The translations under genes were made by a program, and so were the position numbers. The notes under the pieces were generated by a model that searched no databases, was not told where the DNA came from, and worked only from the letters and a program-made list of their open reading frames with translations. A stretch of 64,000 bases of DNA, taken from assembly GCF_009914755.1 (NCBI RefSeq), contig NC_060936.1; one strand, 5' to 3'. The stretch is from the human T2T-CHM13v2.0 reference genome, Homo sapiens. This document shows, piece by piece, positions 1-15,700 of the stretch. How positions within the stretch are numbered: the stretch's first letter is position 1; every line of letters begins with the position of its first letter.

Positions 1-30
1 CTCAAAAAATAAATAAATAAATAAATAAAA
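1..30 (+). repeat. Probable Alu 3' end with (AAAT)n tail
   Basis: ctcaaaaaat(aaat)n is the typical Alu terminus; the body would lie outside the window. Confidence 0.6.
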
Positions 31-250
31 ACCTGAGGTTCCCATTATTAGATGAATTGTTCAAGGTTACACAAAAATTGACCTCTAAATACATTTAACT
101 ATTTGTCTAGCATAATTCTCAGCATTTGTTGACATCTCAAAGAGATAGAAAAATTAGGAGGAATCATGGTCTATTTAAAAATTTTGTAAGCCAGAGGGGT
201 ATACGAAAGTCAAAGCAGGAGATCTAGGGCCTTATTTTTACTAGAGAATA

Positions 251-387
251 TGAGAGAGAGAGAAAATAAGAGAGAGAGAATAAGAGAGAGACAATAAGAG
301 AGAGACAAGAAGAGAGAGAGAATAAGAGAGAGAGAGATAATAGAGAGAAAGAGAGAGAGAATAAGAGAGAGAGAGAGAGAATAAGAA
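251..387 (+). repeat. GA-rich polypurine simple repeat, (GA)n punctuated by ATAA
   Basis: Repeated gagagagagaataa-like units seen directly. Confidence 0.9.
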
Positions 388-804
388 TGGATATGAATAT
401 ATAGGGAGTTTAGCTTTTGTCAAAATGATGCATTAACTTTGGAGAACATGCTGCACAGTAGTAACCATTACTCATTTTGAGCATTTTGCTCCAAAGTCAG
501 AACATGTGTGAATTTAGATTTTCTTGAAGCTCACATGAAAACTTCAGTTTGGGAGGCGCGATGGCGTGGACAGCTCTGGCTGGTTCACTTTATGCTGACT
601 CTCAGATAAAATAGAATCTTGATTTTGGTAGCCAGAGGTTTTACTCTTTTGACCCAAGGCTCTATCCATCCACGCATCCACCCACCCACTCACCCTTTCA
701 CCAAGGGTGGTAATAGGAGCTCAATATTCACTTTTAAAACAAATTTCTCATTTTTGTGTGCCTGTAAACAAAAGGCATATATAATGAAAGTCACTATGAT
801 TCTT

Positions 805-2694
<1,890 letters not shown>

Positions 2695-4710
2695 GAAAGT
2701 CACTATGATTCTTTTAAATTGTGTTTATTATTGCTTTCTAAAGAATGGCAGTATCAATAAGAAGTACATTATGTAAAAGTGACTGGAAAATTAAAGTGGA
2801 AACTGATAGAACACTACCAGGCAGGCTCCATGGTTGGGTTGACATTTCACTCTCATTTTTACAAACTCCTAAAGAAGATTAAAATAAGTTTCTGAAATAT
2901 AGTCTGGTTAAGCAACATTTTTGTGTCATTGTAATGATTAAAATTAGTGTAGAGTCCATTGCAGTGTCAATGAAGTATTGTTAAGGAAAGGGACTAATAG
3001 TGCCGACTGGTGGCCTGGCACTGAGAAATTGAACAGAAAGCAATGCAGAACTAAACAGAAGTTCCAGGAATGTAAATTTGGCTTACCCTTCCGATAAGCC
3101 AACTTCTTAGCCTGGAACATGGCTTCTTATGGCAAAACATCCATTCTTAATATAAGACAACGATGTTTGAATAAAATAAATTTTTATGGATTAGCTGTCA
3201 TTTAAGTGGTTGTTTATAATTTAATTCTGTCTTTCTATGAAAAACATTTTTTCCTTTCTGCCAAAACTAAAACCATTACTTCAACCCTAAACACATAAAT
3301 TTTGTTTTTTAAATGTCACTACAAACAATGTCACAGTAACCTTATGAGTCCAAGCTGAATCAAAATTATTTTTAAAAAAATTTAAATAGAACAATTATTA
3401 CATTGCTTCTTACATTTCCAATTTAAGGTAACAATATATAGTCATCCAGATAGAACTCATTATGACTCAATGGATCTACCTATGACACTTCTTTCTAAAT
3501 GTACTGTGCATATTGAGTACTATGACAGAGCAGGAAGTTGCTCAATAAAAAATAGTTTTTGAATTGAACATTCTATATGTAGAGTTTACTTTCATAGCTC
3601 TAATCTTAACCTTAACAATAGAATAATAATTCTAGAGTTAACCGTTAAATAGATCTTAAAGGTGTAAAAGACCCACTAACTTTATGCCATAAATTATGAG
3701 GTACAGACTTCTTTAACTATATACTTGTTACTGTTCTAATAAAATCCACTTCAGAGATAGAGAAAATTCCTAGAACAGCATCTTTCTTTGCTGCTGTGTT
3801 CATTTTATTCATTGCAATAAAAGAAATCTCATTTTGAAAGGCTTTGAATAGAAACCTCATATAAACTCTTCTCTATTCCATTATGTTCTCTACCTCTTAC
3901 TCTAAGAAATATTTATTTTGGCAGGCAACTCTAGTCATGCAGATAGGTTAAGTGGTAGGATATTGACCATGGCTTATTGGAAAAGTGATAAGGCAACAAA
4001 TCCCTTTCAAAAACATCTTCCCTTCCTATAAAACATACCACTGATAATTTCACTAATATTGTACTGTATTCCTGGCCATTTTAGAATCAGAATCAGAAAA
4101 TAATTTCTGAAGAAAAAATGTAATTAACTCAATTTCCTTATTCAACAAATAGGGAAATTAAGTGTCAGAGATATTCAATTATTTGGCTAAAGTCAACAAA
4201 CCACACAAATAATAGATATAGGACTATGTGCTGTCTTCTGATTCCCCATCAGTATATTTTTGCTTCATTAAGCTTTCTTTAGCATAAGTCACCAAAAAAT
4301 GCTTAGCTTGAGTTAGTGATTTTAGCTTCCTCTTTCAGTTTCTTGTCTACCTAATCCAAAGCATATACCCTGGTACAACAGGATGTATTAATAATTTGCG
4401 CATACTTTGCCTTGGCTTATAATGAAAAAACTATGGCAAACACTATCATCCATACATTTTTGATCCATAAGCTGGAGCTGCCCTGAATGACCTTTAGGCT
4501 GAGATGGGCGTCATTGTTACCTCAGCAAAAGTCAGGGACAAATTTCATGTAATCTTTCTAAGGGAATAATATTCCCTGTAGGTAAGCTTCCTGCAGAACA
4601 CATGTCTGAGGATTTAGTCTTCTACCAGGTGTTTTCCATAAGCACTGGGATGTTCCTGATAACAACCCCAAGGTGGAAATCATGGGGTTTTCATGAGACA
4701 GGACTTGTTT

Positions 4711-4743
4711 ACACACACATACACACACACACACACACACACA
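4711..4743 (+). repeat. (CA)n microsatellite
   Basis: Seen directly. Confidence 0.9.
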
Positions 4744-7344
4744 GTACAATTCCAGAGGACACATGCGGAACTGCTGGAAACAGAATTGTTAGAGATCCCT
4801 TCATGAGACACATCGCAGTGGTTGCCATACCTCACACATACACACACAGTGTGGTCTCCCACTGGACCTCCCAGTTTAGTCCCAATAATTCAAGTTAAGT
4901 TCAGCCCCTATCAAAGGGACTGCCTCAAGGCAGTCAGTTTCAAGTAGCCCTGCTTGCTGATGCCAATTCATCTGTTCCACAAGGTGTAGACATCGGGAAA
5001 TGTCCTTCGAGGAAAGAGCAGGAGCTGGGGCCATCCCCTGGTCGCTCACTGTAAAAGACTTCAGGAAAGGGATGGTTTGTTTGAATTCAAGGTGCTTGCA
5101 GCAGCTTGGAAAGTAGCGTGGGATAAATGGCCCACAAAAGCAACCTAAAGAGCTGTACAGGTGGTTTCCTCCTGGGAGGAAGGCTCCAGGAGCCATTTCT
5201 GAAAGACAAGTATCATTAAATCCCCTGCCTCTACTGCCCGAGGAGCCTAATGTGTTTCCTCCTCAGGTGCCCTGGATTTTGCTATTCTTTGTTACAAAGT
5301 CTTCAGGTCCAATTTCATTAACTATAACTACATTTTTTCTGTCATTCCCTACTGAACTTTTCATTCAAAAAGTCGATGCAAAAGAAAAAACAAAAGGAGT
5401 TTCACAGAAACTTTTTCATGCAATCTAAACATATTTAAGTCCAAATCTCCAAAGCCCCCTTTACAGCCAGGTCAATGTGGGGTTACCTTTAGGAGAAAGA
5501 CAGTCACATCGTTCTGCCAAGGGGAATGCTCTGAGGGAAATCCTGAAATTTACAGTGTTTCTAATTAATCTAAACCATTCTTCATCCTTTTTGTTCAAAT
5601 CATAACCTAATTTTAAAAAAAGCCTGGTGAGATCAGCCTTATTATATGCCATTGCTTTTTATAATTTATCTCTAATCTTGTAAACAATACTGCACTATTA
5701 CACCAGCTGTATAATGATGAAATTGAAGTTCAGGAAGGTTTAGCGACTTTTCCAACGATGTATAGGTAGCAGGTGGTCCCAGTATGAACTTAGTTTTGAT
5801 TGTACCCAAATGTGGTGTACATTACACTTCAAAAATCTTTAAGCTGCTCCATAGAGTGGTTTTAGGTGCAGAAGAAAAGAGTGTGTGAAGTAGAGGCTGA
5901 TTACAAAAAGGTGAAAAGAGCAAGTTCTAAACTTTCCACCCCGTTTGAACTAGATCACCTCCTCCTTGATGATAGATAGATAATAGATAGGTAGATAGAT
6001 GGATTCTGAAGAACATTTTGTTTGAATAGATGTTTAAGAACTAGAAAGATTAAGTAAGCTAAGTAACTGCAAGGTAACTAAGTAGACTTTTAAGAACTTT
6101 TTGTTATGGTAGATTTTTTAAAGAAAAAAAAATAAACCACTAAGCTTCACCATGCTGTATCTGCTTAAAAACAAAAAGGTGAAGATGCTCCCATGTCAAA
6201 CTTCATGTACCTAAATAGGCCAAAACATCCACACACTATATATTTGAAATTTTCATTAGTGTTCCTAAAGATTGGTTAGAAGACAGAATTTTGAAGAAAG
6301 AATCTTCTATAAGTATGTGTATGGACCATTTAACCCAAAGTCTCTTTATGTATCAGTTTAGGAATTTCTCGAGAAAAGCAGCATTTATATTTACTGCAGT
6401 TATGGTTACATATCTATAGAGGTAACATGTGGAACAATAAAAATCCAGTATTGCCATATGTATTGACCACCTCCTTCAGGATAAGCCCTTTATTAGGCCT
6501 TGTAATAGATACCAAAAAAAATAAATAGAAGTCATTGTAGTATGACTACATCTGGCTCTATTAAAACATGGGTTAAGTCGATTTGCAACCTATGATAAGA
6601 GACCTACTTCATAAACATATAAACTCAGGTTTGAGGGCCATAGTAGTAAGAAGTAATGATGGTATAGGTAGTCACATTAGTAGTATTAGCAATTACTGTA
6701 ACAGTCAACATTGTCAAGGGTTTAACCTGTGTTAAGCTATGTAATAAAAAGTTTTTATGCATAAAGCTGACTCATTTAATTTCTACTTTAATTCTCAATT
6801 CTCAACTTCAGTTTTAGAAATACAGTCTTACATATAAAGAAACTAAAACTGAAAAGGTTAAACAGATTGCTAGTAAGTTAAGCAACAGCTTCTCACTAAC
6901 AGACAAGCATTCAGGTGCAGACCTCTCTGACTCTAGAGTCTGTGCACTTACACTACAGTTGCTCAGAGAAGACATCTGAGAAAGCCTATTAGGAAGAGAC
7001 AGAATAAGATATCTAGGATAAGGTGAGTCCTTCCTCAAGTCAGAAAGAACTACAGAAAGAAATTTGTTTAAAACAGGCCCAAGGGATTCATTTTGGACCT
7101 CTACTTCTGTCCAAAAGATTGAGTAAAAGGAACTGGATTTATCTTTCTGCTTAACACAGCCGAAAAAAATGAATATATGAAATAGGCACTGGACACCTAG
7201 ACAATTAATGACCATGATTCTTGAGAGGTGGAAACAAATCAGGTGAGTTTATGATTGCCGCAGCTTACTGCCATGAAAGACAGAACACAGGGTGGGGAGC
7301 CCAGGTAGATGCCAACATAGCCAAGACCATGGAGAAGAAAAAAA

Positions 7345-8935
7345 GCCACACTCAAAAATTCATAATAAAGTTCAAGGGCCTATAAGCAACAAAGCAATGT
7401 TGAAAAGGAACAAACATGAAAGACTAACCCTACAGGATTGCAACACTTAAAGTTATAGTAATCCAGACAGTGTGGCACTGGTATATAGGTAGACACATAT
7501 ACCAATGGAACAGAATAGAGATTTCACAAACAACCCAACACATATAAATGACTGATTCTTAACAAAGCTTACATGCAATCAACTGAAGAAAGGGTAGTTT
7601 AAGGAAATAATGCTTGGACAATATTCATATGTAGAAAAATATTCTTTAATACATACTTCATATTAAAAATAAACTAAAAATGAATTATGTAATTAAATGT
7701 AAAACCCAAAATAAACTGCTCAAGGAAAACATGAGAAAATATTTATTAACTTGCATTAGGGAAATATTTCTTAAATACGATGTATAAAACACAAGCCCTA
7801 AAAGAAAAAGTGAACAAATTGACTTTATCAAAATTAAAAGCTTCTACTTTTTTTTTTTGGCTAGTCAAGTGACGCAGTGGAGGTGGAGAAGGAACAAAGA
7901 AATCTGTAACTGGTAGTTATCAATTAGTTCTAAACACCACTGCATTCAGACGATCAAAAGTTTCTACTTTTTAAAGACACTTATAGGAGAAAATATTTCA
8001 AAGCATATATCTGATAAACAATTGTATCCAGAATACACAAATAACTCATACTCAATAATAAACAGAATAGGAAATATGAAAATATTTGAAAAGACACAAA
8101 GAATAGTGAATGGTACATAAACACATAAAATGATGCTCAACATATTTACTTATTAGATAAATGCATATTAAAACCATAATTGTATACCAATATATGCTTT
8201 TAGGATGGCTAAAAGGTAAAAGGCTCTCTATACCAAGTAGTGGTAAGAATGTGAAGGAAGCAAAATTTCCATGCACTGCTAGTTTCAATGTAAAATAGTA
8301 CAAAAACTTTGGAAAACCATTACTTAAAATGTTAAAGAAAAATTTCTGAAATGATAAATATACACTGACCATATAATCCAGGCATTCTACTCCTAGATAT
8401 TTACCTCCTCTCCTCCCAAAATTAGAATGTATATCCACACAGACTTGCACACAGATGTTTACAGCAGCTTTATTAAAATGTCCAAAAGTCAAAATGTCCC
8501 TCCAGAAGTGAATATATAAACAATCGTGGTACATTGATACAATGCATCAGTACTAAATAATACAAAGTAATGAACTATTGGCACACAACAAATTGGATGA
8601 ATCTCAAAATAATTTCACTGAGTTAAAGAAGCCAAACAGAAAGGAGGACATACTGTATGATTCCATTTATATAAAATTCGAGAAAATGCAAACCGATCCA
8701 CAGTGACAGAAAGCAGAATAACGGTATTCTGGAGATGGTAGGGTGAGAATGGGAGAAGGGATTAAAAAGCGGGCACCAGGAAACATTTGGAAGGAGATGG
8801 ATATATTTGTCATCGCAATTGTGGCGATAATTTAATGGGTTATATGACATGTCGAAACTTATCAAATTGTACACTTAATATATGTGAAGCTTATTATGTA
8901 TCAGTTAAATCCCATAAAACTATTTTTTAAAAAAT
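7345..8935 (+). mobile_element. Old L1M (L1MC/MD/ME-type) 3' portion, interrupted by a Y3 retrocopy
   Basis: Degenerate ORF2 motifs (gtaatccagacagtgtggcactgg, caatggaacagaatagaga, tgctcaacat...attag) and an L1M-type 3'UTR; boundaries approximate. Confidence 0.75.
7859..7955 (-). pseudogene. Y RNA (hY3/RNY3) processed pseudogene
   Basis: Reverse complement reads gatcgtctgaatgcagtggtgtttagaactaattgataactaccagttacagatttctttgttccttctccacctccactgcgtcacttgactagcc, matching hY3. A-tail at 7848-7858. TSD AAAAG(C/T)TTCTACTTT at 7836-7850 and 7956-7970. Confidence 0.93.
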
Positions 8936-10791
8936 AAGAGACATTAACCTCAAATATGTCCTGGTGAAATCAATTTAAACTGCAATTTGACCATGAATAA
9001 CAGAAAAGGCTCAGTAGCTATTTTGTAATTGCTATTTCAATGTAGTTTCACTGATTTTCATATTTTGATTTTTGAAAATGTCTCCATTAGACTCCTTTCT
9101 TTCTGTAAACAACTTTTTTGAAATAACTTCTCTTGTTTATATCTAAAAAGGTCAAGTTAAATTGAATGGAAATCAAAATTTTCCATATCTATCTTCAAAC
9201 TTGGAATTGACCAGGTTATAATTGATCCCGGACACTCTGTCACAAAGAAATCACTTACATCATCTTCTGAAGCCCACCAAGATGCAAATTAACCAGCTAT
9301 TCCCAAGAGAGCTGATTACACTGGCTTGTCAACTTCAAACAATTAACAAGTTCTTGGGCTGACCCCTCTTAGACACCTAGAATCTAAGAAAATAAATATA
9401 AAATTACAAAAGGATTTTAAATGTGTCATATCTTAGCATCAATTAAGGAAAATGCCAGCATATTTAATGCTGGACCTTTTGAAAGGTATTGAATAGATTT
9501 AGTATCAAAATAAATTATTAATTTTGGAATAAAGAAATTCATGGCTATAATACCATTGAGAATTATACTGTGCTGTTTCCATGCTGATCTTGTGTTTCCT
9601 GCCCTATTCCTCCATCTGATCCTTTTTACACTATTCTATACAATTCTGTCTACTATGCAATTATCTGCTGTGATCACAATCACAGTACAAAACGATGTGA
9701 ACTCCACTTATCCTGTGAGGCACAGAGGATCACACCCTGCTAAAGAAGAAACTTTGGAAAAGATAGGCCACATTGTTAAATAAAGGACATAGAAAAGGAG
9801 GACCTTGGTAATTTTGCAAATATTGAGATAAAATGTAATATTTATGATGCTATATAAAGCATTAATATTTGCAAGCTAATAGGAGACACATATAATACTC
9901 TGCTCATGCAATACTTGGCATATATTGCCTTTTGATTTGCTAGATAAATTCCTTTGCCTATATAAAAAGCAGATTGATAGAAAAATCAATGCTTACAATT
10001 CAGAATATTTGTCCATAGGATTTTTATCTTATAGTTCATCTAATATTATAACTCACTGTTTGTTCTGTGCATGGAGACTTGGTACATGTTGTGTGTCCTT
10101 CAACAGTCACACCAGTTTCTTACTGTTTTGAAAGATATCTCAACAATTTGAGGTGCATGTCCTTCAGGGTGAATCCACTACATTGCCTAAAATTTAAGTC
10201 AGACCATTTGAAACATACCATCTACATATAATGAACAAAAATCTATTTTCAAGTATTTTAGCAGAAAAACAATAAGACAAAACATTATTTGTAAACATAT
10301 TAGGCTAATATCAAAATCTAAGGAGAATAAGAATAATGTGCCAACTGGTCTACCTCCTGCAACATTATGGTGAGTAGGCAAGAAGAATAAAGCACCTTAT
10401 AAACATAATAGACATCCCAGGAGATCCTAAGGTTATGGTTAGGTATCCTATAAAGGAGAGCATTCCTAGAGGAAAATAAAGAAAAAAAAGAGGATTCCAA
10501 GCTGCAACCTGTGATCTACTTCCTGACTGAGCTTGCCTTACTCAGTTAGTCTAAGTATGTAGAAGAGATTCAGTAGCTGTTTGTAGTCATTTGCTAGGGC
10601 TGCCTTAAGAAAATGCTACAGACTCAGTGGCTTAAACAAAAGATTTATTTTTTCACTGTTCTGGAGAGTAGGAATCTGAGACCAAGATGTCAACTGGGTT
10701 GATTTCTTCAAAGGCCTTACCCCTCAACTTGTGGGTAACCTTTCATCTGTGTGTTCATATGATCTTCTGTGGGTCTGTTTAATCTCCTTTT

Positions 10792-11106
10792 TTAATATTT
10801 TTTGAGACAGTGTCTTACTCACCCAGGCTGGAGTGCAGGAGTGCAGTGGCATGGCCACAGCTCACTGCAGTCTTGACCACCTGAGCTCAAGTGATCCTCC
10901 CACCTCAGGCTCCCTAGTAGCTACAATTACAGGCATACGCCACAATGCACAGCTAATTTTCTGTGTGTGTGTGTGTGTATGTGTATTTTTTGTAGAGACA
11001 GGATTTCACCATGTTGCCCAGGCTGGTCTCAAACTTCTGAACTTAAGCGATCCACCTTCCTCAGCCTTCTAAAGTGCTCAGAATACAGGCGTGAGCCAGC
11101 ACAGCC
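10792..11106 (-). mobile_element. AluJ-like element with (TG)n in its central linker
   Basis: Antisense Alu dimer; TSD AA(T/C)CTCCTTTT at 10781-10791 and 11107-11117. Confidence 0.9.
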
Positions 11107-11248
11107 AACCTCCTTTTAAGGACAACAGTCACATTGGATCACAGTGCACCCTAATTTTACCTTAATTATCTCTTTAAAGGCCCCATTTCCAAATACAGTC
11201 ACATTCTTAGTGCTGAGAGTTAGGGCTTCAACATATGAATTTGAGGGA

Positions 11249-11506
11249 TAATATGGTTTGGCTGTTTCCCCACCCAAATCTCATCTTGAATTGTAGTTCC
11301 ATAAGAGGCTTGTTCCCCACCTTTCACTCTGCACTTCTCCTTCCTGCCATCATGTGAAGAAGGACGTATTTGTTTCCCCTTCCACCATGACTGTAAGTTT
11401 CCTGAGGTCTCCATAGCACTGCAGAACTGTGAGTCAATTAAACTTCTTTCCTTTATAAGTTACCCAATCTCAGGCAGTCCTTTATAGCAGCATAAGAATG
11501 GACTAA
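11249..11506 (+). mobile_element. THE1 (THE1D-like) solo LTR with internal deletion
   Basis: Begins taatatggtttggctg...cccacccaaatctcatcttgaattgtag, ends tttatagcagcataagaatggactaa; flanks aggga/gggga resemble a 5-bp TSD. Confidence 0.85.
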
Positions 11507-11899
11507 GGGGAGACACTATTCGGCCCACAACATCATTCAATGTGATACCCCATCCTGATATCACACAGATGCCATTCTATCACACACACACACACACACA
11601 CACATGCACATACACACACACACACGAGTCTTTTAGGCTATTCAGTTATGTTTCACTCCAAGTTTTATAAATAGTACACATAGTATATACTACTATTAAC
11701 AAGTAGTACATAGTAAATATTGAATGAAGAACTCAACAAATTTGGTGAATGATTTTCTTTCGGTAAGTATTTAATATTTTTGTTAATGTTTGTGAATTTC
11801 TCCCTCATTGGATTGTTAACAAACTTGGAGAATTTGTGAAGTTATAGAGAAAGCAAGATGAAACAGAGAATAATTATTATAATCATCATTATCTCAGCC

Positions 11900-12790
11900 A
11901 TATTGAATTTACCCTAAAAACTAAATTAATTATATTAAATATATAAGCCAAAACAAAACTGTTAATCTCCCCTTTCTCCAAAATTTGGCCTTACTTCTAT
12001 CTTCCCCTTAGAAAACAGATCCACCGCTTTTATTAAACCAAAAACCTGAGTTGTCCGTGAATCCTTTCATTCACAAAACACCCACATTCATTTTATTAGC
12101 AAGTTTCACCAGCTCCACTTCCAAAATGTATCCCAAATCAATTCACTTTACCTTCACTTTACTCTTATTTCTACCACTCTTGTCCAGGCCACCATCTTTT
12201 ATAACATGGACTACTCAATAGCTCTCCCCACCTCTAAATGCCTTATTCACTCAGGAGCCAAGGTAATCTGGCTAAATATTAATCAGATAACATAACTCTC
12301 CTATTTAAAGCTTCCTAGTGTCTTAGAATTAAATCCATACACACTTAAAAAGAATATCATGACCTGGCCTCTGCCTACCTTGTAGGACTTCCCCTTCCAC
12401 CGTATGCTCCAATCATATTGTTCTTTCTGTTACCTACTATGTAGGGTTTGCCTTAGAGTCTTAGTTTCTAACAGATAGAACAGGTCTACTAACTGTTCTC
12501 TGATAAGAAACTTCTTCTATTTAATCTGGGTATAGCTGAAATGTCACCTCTTCCAAGAAGTCTTTTTCTTATTCTAGTCTCAAGTGGCCTCCAAATCACT
12601 CTCTATTACCCTATTTTAATTTTCTGTATAGTGCTTATAGTTGTCTAGTATTTTTCTTTTTTTATTTTTTCTCTGTATGCATTACGTGAGAATTTTGACC
12701 TTGACTATCTTGATTGATGCTTTAACCCCAGAACATAAAACAATGCATGATAGAGTGGTACTCAATAAATATTTATAAAATAAATGAGTT
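11900..12790 (+). mobile_element. L2 LINE relic (3' end)
   Basis: gtccaggccaccatc and terminal ctcaataaatattt..aataaatga are typical of the L2 3' end; very diverged, boundaries approximate. Confidence 0.6.
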
Positions 12791-15700
12791 ACCAGATGGT
12801 AACTCAGATGTCATTCTTTAGAATGACAACATGGGATTCTTGACCTTACAAGATGGTCATCAAAATTCACCCTATAACTTTGTTTCTATAGCTGCTCTTA
12901 AGATTCCTGAGATCACTAAAAGAAATAAACAGGACCAATTGCACATATCTTTATTTCTTTTTACTCTTCAGTCAATGCTTTGCAACAAAGACAATGACTA
13001 TGATATCTGACCCTCAGGAGCTCTGATGAGAATCTACTCTTGTCTAATTCACTAACCTAGTCACAAATGACTTTTGGCAGCACAGGCAAGAGCTCTAAAA
13101 GAAAGCAAAAATCCAGAAATTATTCCTAGCACATTTTGAATATTTATGAACTGTTACTCATGGAAGTAACTATTAGTAGCTCAACGCCATGAAAAAGAAT
13201 TTTCTATACAAAAACACAGGTAACAATCACAATTCCAAAGTGGCATAAAATGCTTTTGCTATCCTGACTTCTTACAACCATATTTACTAGAAGTTTTTGA
13301 CTAGACTATAATATTATATTAGTAAGTTTGAATTAGTGAGAGAGAAAAACTCATTGCCTTCTAATTCTATCAAATTCTGCACAGTTGCCTAGATTTACTC
13401 CTTTAGAGAATTGTAAGGAATCAACAGATTTTTTTTTAACTTTCCCTGGGGATAAAGTATGACAAACTTCATCAATCTAAGAGAAAATAGTCACGATACC
13501 CTCTCCAGTAATCACCAACTTCTTCTTGGGGTATGGCAGAACATAAGAAGCACTTTGAGAAGCAGGGAAATATTAACTTTTAATGTATTTGGGCAACAAG
13601 ATTTAAAGTCATCTGAATTAGCAGGATATATTGTTCGAGGAACAGCTGGTGGCTTTTAATTAGTGCTTAGTTTAGAAGTACAAAGTTGAATGTGCCTTAG
13701 TTTTGTTGGTCTTTTTCCAACTGATAAATCATTTCCTGTCTCCAGTGAATTGGTTTAGCTTTGTCTTACTATAGGTATAATTGTGCGTTTTACTCCCAAC
13801 TGAGCCATGAATCAATAAAAGTTTATAAAAATCTTTGTTTTTAGGCTTAAAATATGATCTTAAAGACTACACTGTAGACCACTCAGCTTTTATTCACTAT
13901 CCCGCTGACATTTTTAGTAATGAATCCTCAACCATTTTTGGCTTTCCCTTTCTATTCCTTAGTCACAGTCCATGTCTCCCTTAAAGTGTTATTTCTTTTT
14001 CTAATTCCCCATTCCTCTCACCCACTGTCACAGTCACAGATCTTTTTCCAGAAAACGTATGAGCTGAGAAACATTCTGTATTTATCACACAGATGCCAAA
14101 AGAATAGATAACCCTTGATAAGAAAACACATTAAAGTGTCATGTTCTAGGAAGTTCTTGGATTATAAATCTTAATATATATGTAAGAAAAATAATTTGCC
14201 ATTAATTATAGTTATTCATTAAAGCTTTCTTAGTCAAACAAGCATCATTAAATTTATAAATGATACTGAGTTAGTTTGGTCAGTTATCCAGTTAGAAATT
14301 TGCTCCCCAAAGATGGCTCTTCAGGTTGCAAATACTAATTGGCTTTCAGTGGGTAACAGTGAGTATGCTTAGTTACACATTTAAGGAAAGAAGCCAGGCA
14401 GCTGGACTCCCCACTACTTAACAATGGTATTGTGTCTAATCCAAAAGTACTACTTGACAGGAAAATCCTTATTGTCACGATTGCTCATGGTTGATGGTGT
14501 TTTTCTAACAAAGTTAGCTATTCACCTGAGGGCATCTTATTTCACACAATGAGCAATGACTCACAGGAACTGGGAAGAAAAAGAAAACTGACGAATTTCC
14601 TGAATACCTCTGCTACTGCTATATAATTAGCATTTGGCTATATGTATTATTTTATTTTTAGATGACGTTTTAGGGAACACTATTAAATCATAACTGGTAG
14701 CCAAAAGGACGTGGCCCGTAATCATGCTAAGAATAGAAGAGAAGTGTAATGCAAATTCAAAGAGTTGAATAATGTGATTTGAAACCTGGCCCTGACATGT
14801 ATTAATATTTCATTTTGAAAACTGCATAATCTGAGTTTTAATTTCCTGATTAGTAGATAGTAAGTACGCTTACTTTACTGAGTTCTTAAAATGATAAATG
14901 AAATAATAAATAAGGAATATATGGCACTTTGCAGAGTTTGTTTTACATTATATAAATAAGAATTTTCTATCATTATCATGAATATTGACTAACTTGACTA
15001 AAGTTCACCAAGCCATTTCATCCTATGAGAAAGGAAACAGACATAGAGGATTAAATAATTTGTCCAGATTACAACTAGTTAGTAACAGCCAAAAATAAAA
15101 GCCATGTTTCTAAATTTCAGAGCTGTATTCTTTCCATAGCTATGACTCCTTCCTCTGACGTTTCTGACATTGCTCCATGGATTTAATCAGACAATTTAAA
15201 TATAGAGTTAGAATTGTCAATTAACTCACTGACAACCTCATGTAGCTGGTGAAGTGGGGGGTCATTCTGAAGAAGAAAATGTTTATGTATTGAAATAAGG
15301 AGACATGGATAATCTGTTTTGATGATTGGAAGAACAGACTTGTTCCAGAAAATCAAGATGCTTTTAAATCTAGATGTTTTTACTGGATCCTATTCTTTTT
15401 TTGTTGTTGCCGTTTGTAAGGGAGGGTCAGGAAATCAGAAATGGTTGCTGTTGGCAACTATGAGGATTGGGTGTGTAGCTGCTACTGACATTATAGGAAA
15501 CAGAATAAGGAGTTTTGTTAGGAAGAATAAATCCAGCTAGCTAGCACTGTAGCTAGCAATAATTATGTACATGTAGTGATAGTACACACATAACTGAAAT
15601 GGATGTTTAATGATGTGCTAGCAAGTCAACTAAACCTTTTAATGGATTTTGTTGTGGGTGAGTTGATATAAATGGGGAAATCTTGAAGTAAAAGAAAGTA

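Larger units (their letters stand above)
10582..11532 (-). mobile_element. MLT1A/B-type MaLR solo LTR hosting nested Alu and THE1 LTR
   Basis: Starts tgtagtc...gctagggctgcc, includes ccaaatacagtcacattct and gttagggcttcaacatatgaattt, ends cccacaaca; the sequence resumes across both insertions. Confidence 0.8.

Noticed and set aside
4876-5196. 106-aa minus-strand ORF with vague 'LG...FIP' similarity to gypsy pol
   Set aside because: Similarity is too weak to support by eye; it would need a profile search.
6814-7215. 133-aa minus-strand ORF
   Set aside because: Overlaps degenerate MIR/L1-like sequence, with no recognisable domain or exon structure.
13621-13634. GCAGGATATATTGT resembles the Agrobacterium T-DNA border core
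   Set aside because: Only 14 of 25 nt match, with no other vector or bacterial sequence nearby; chance match.
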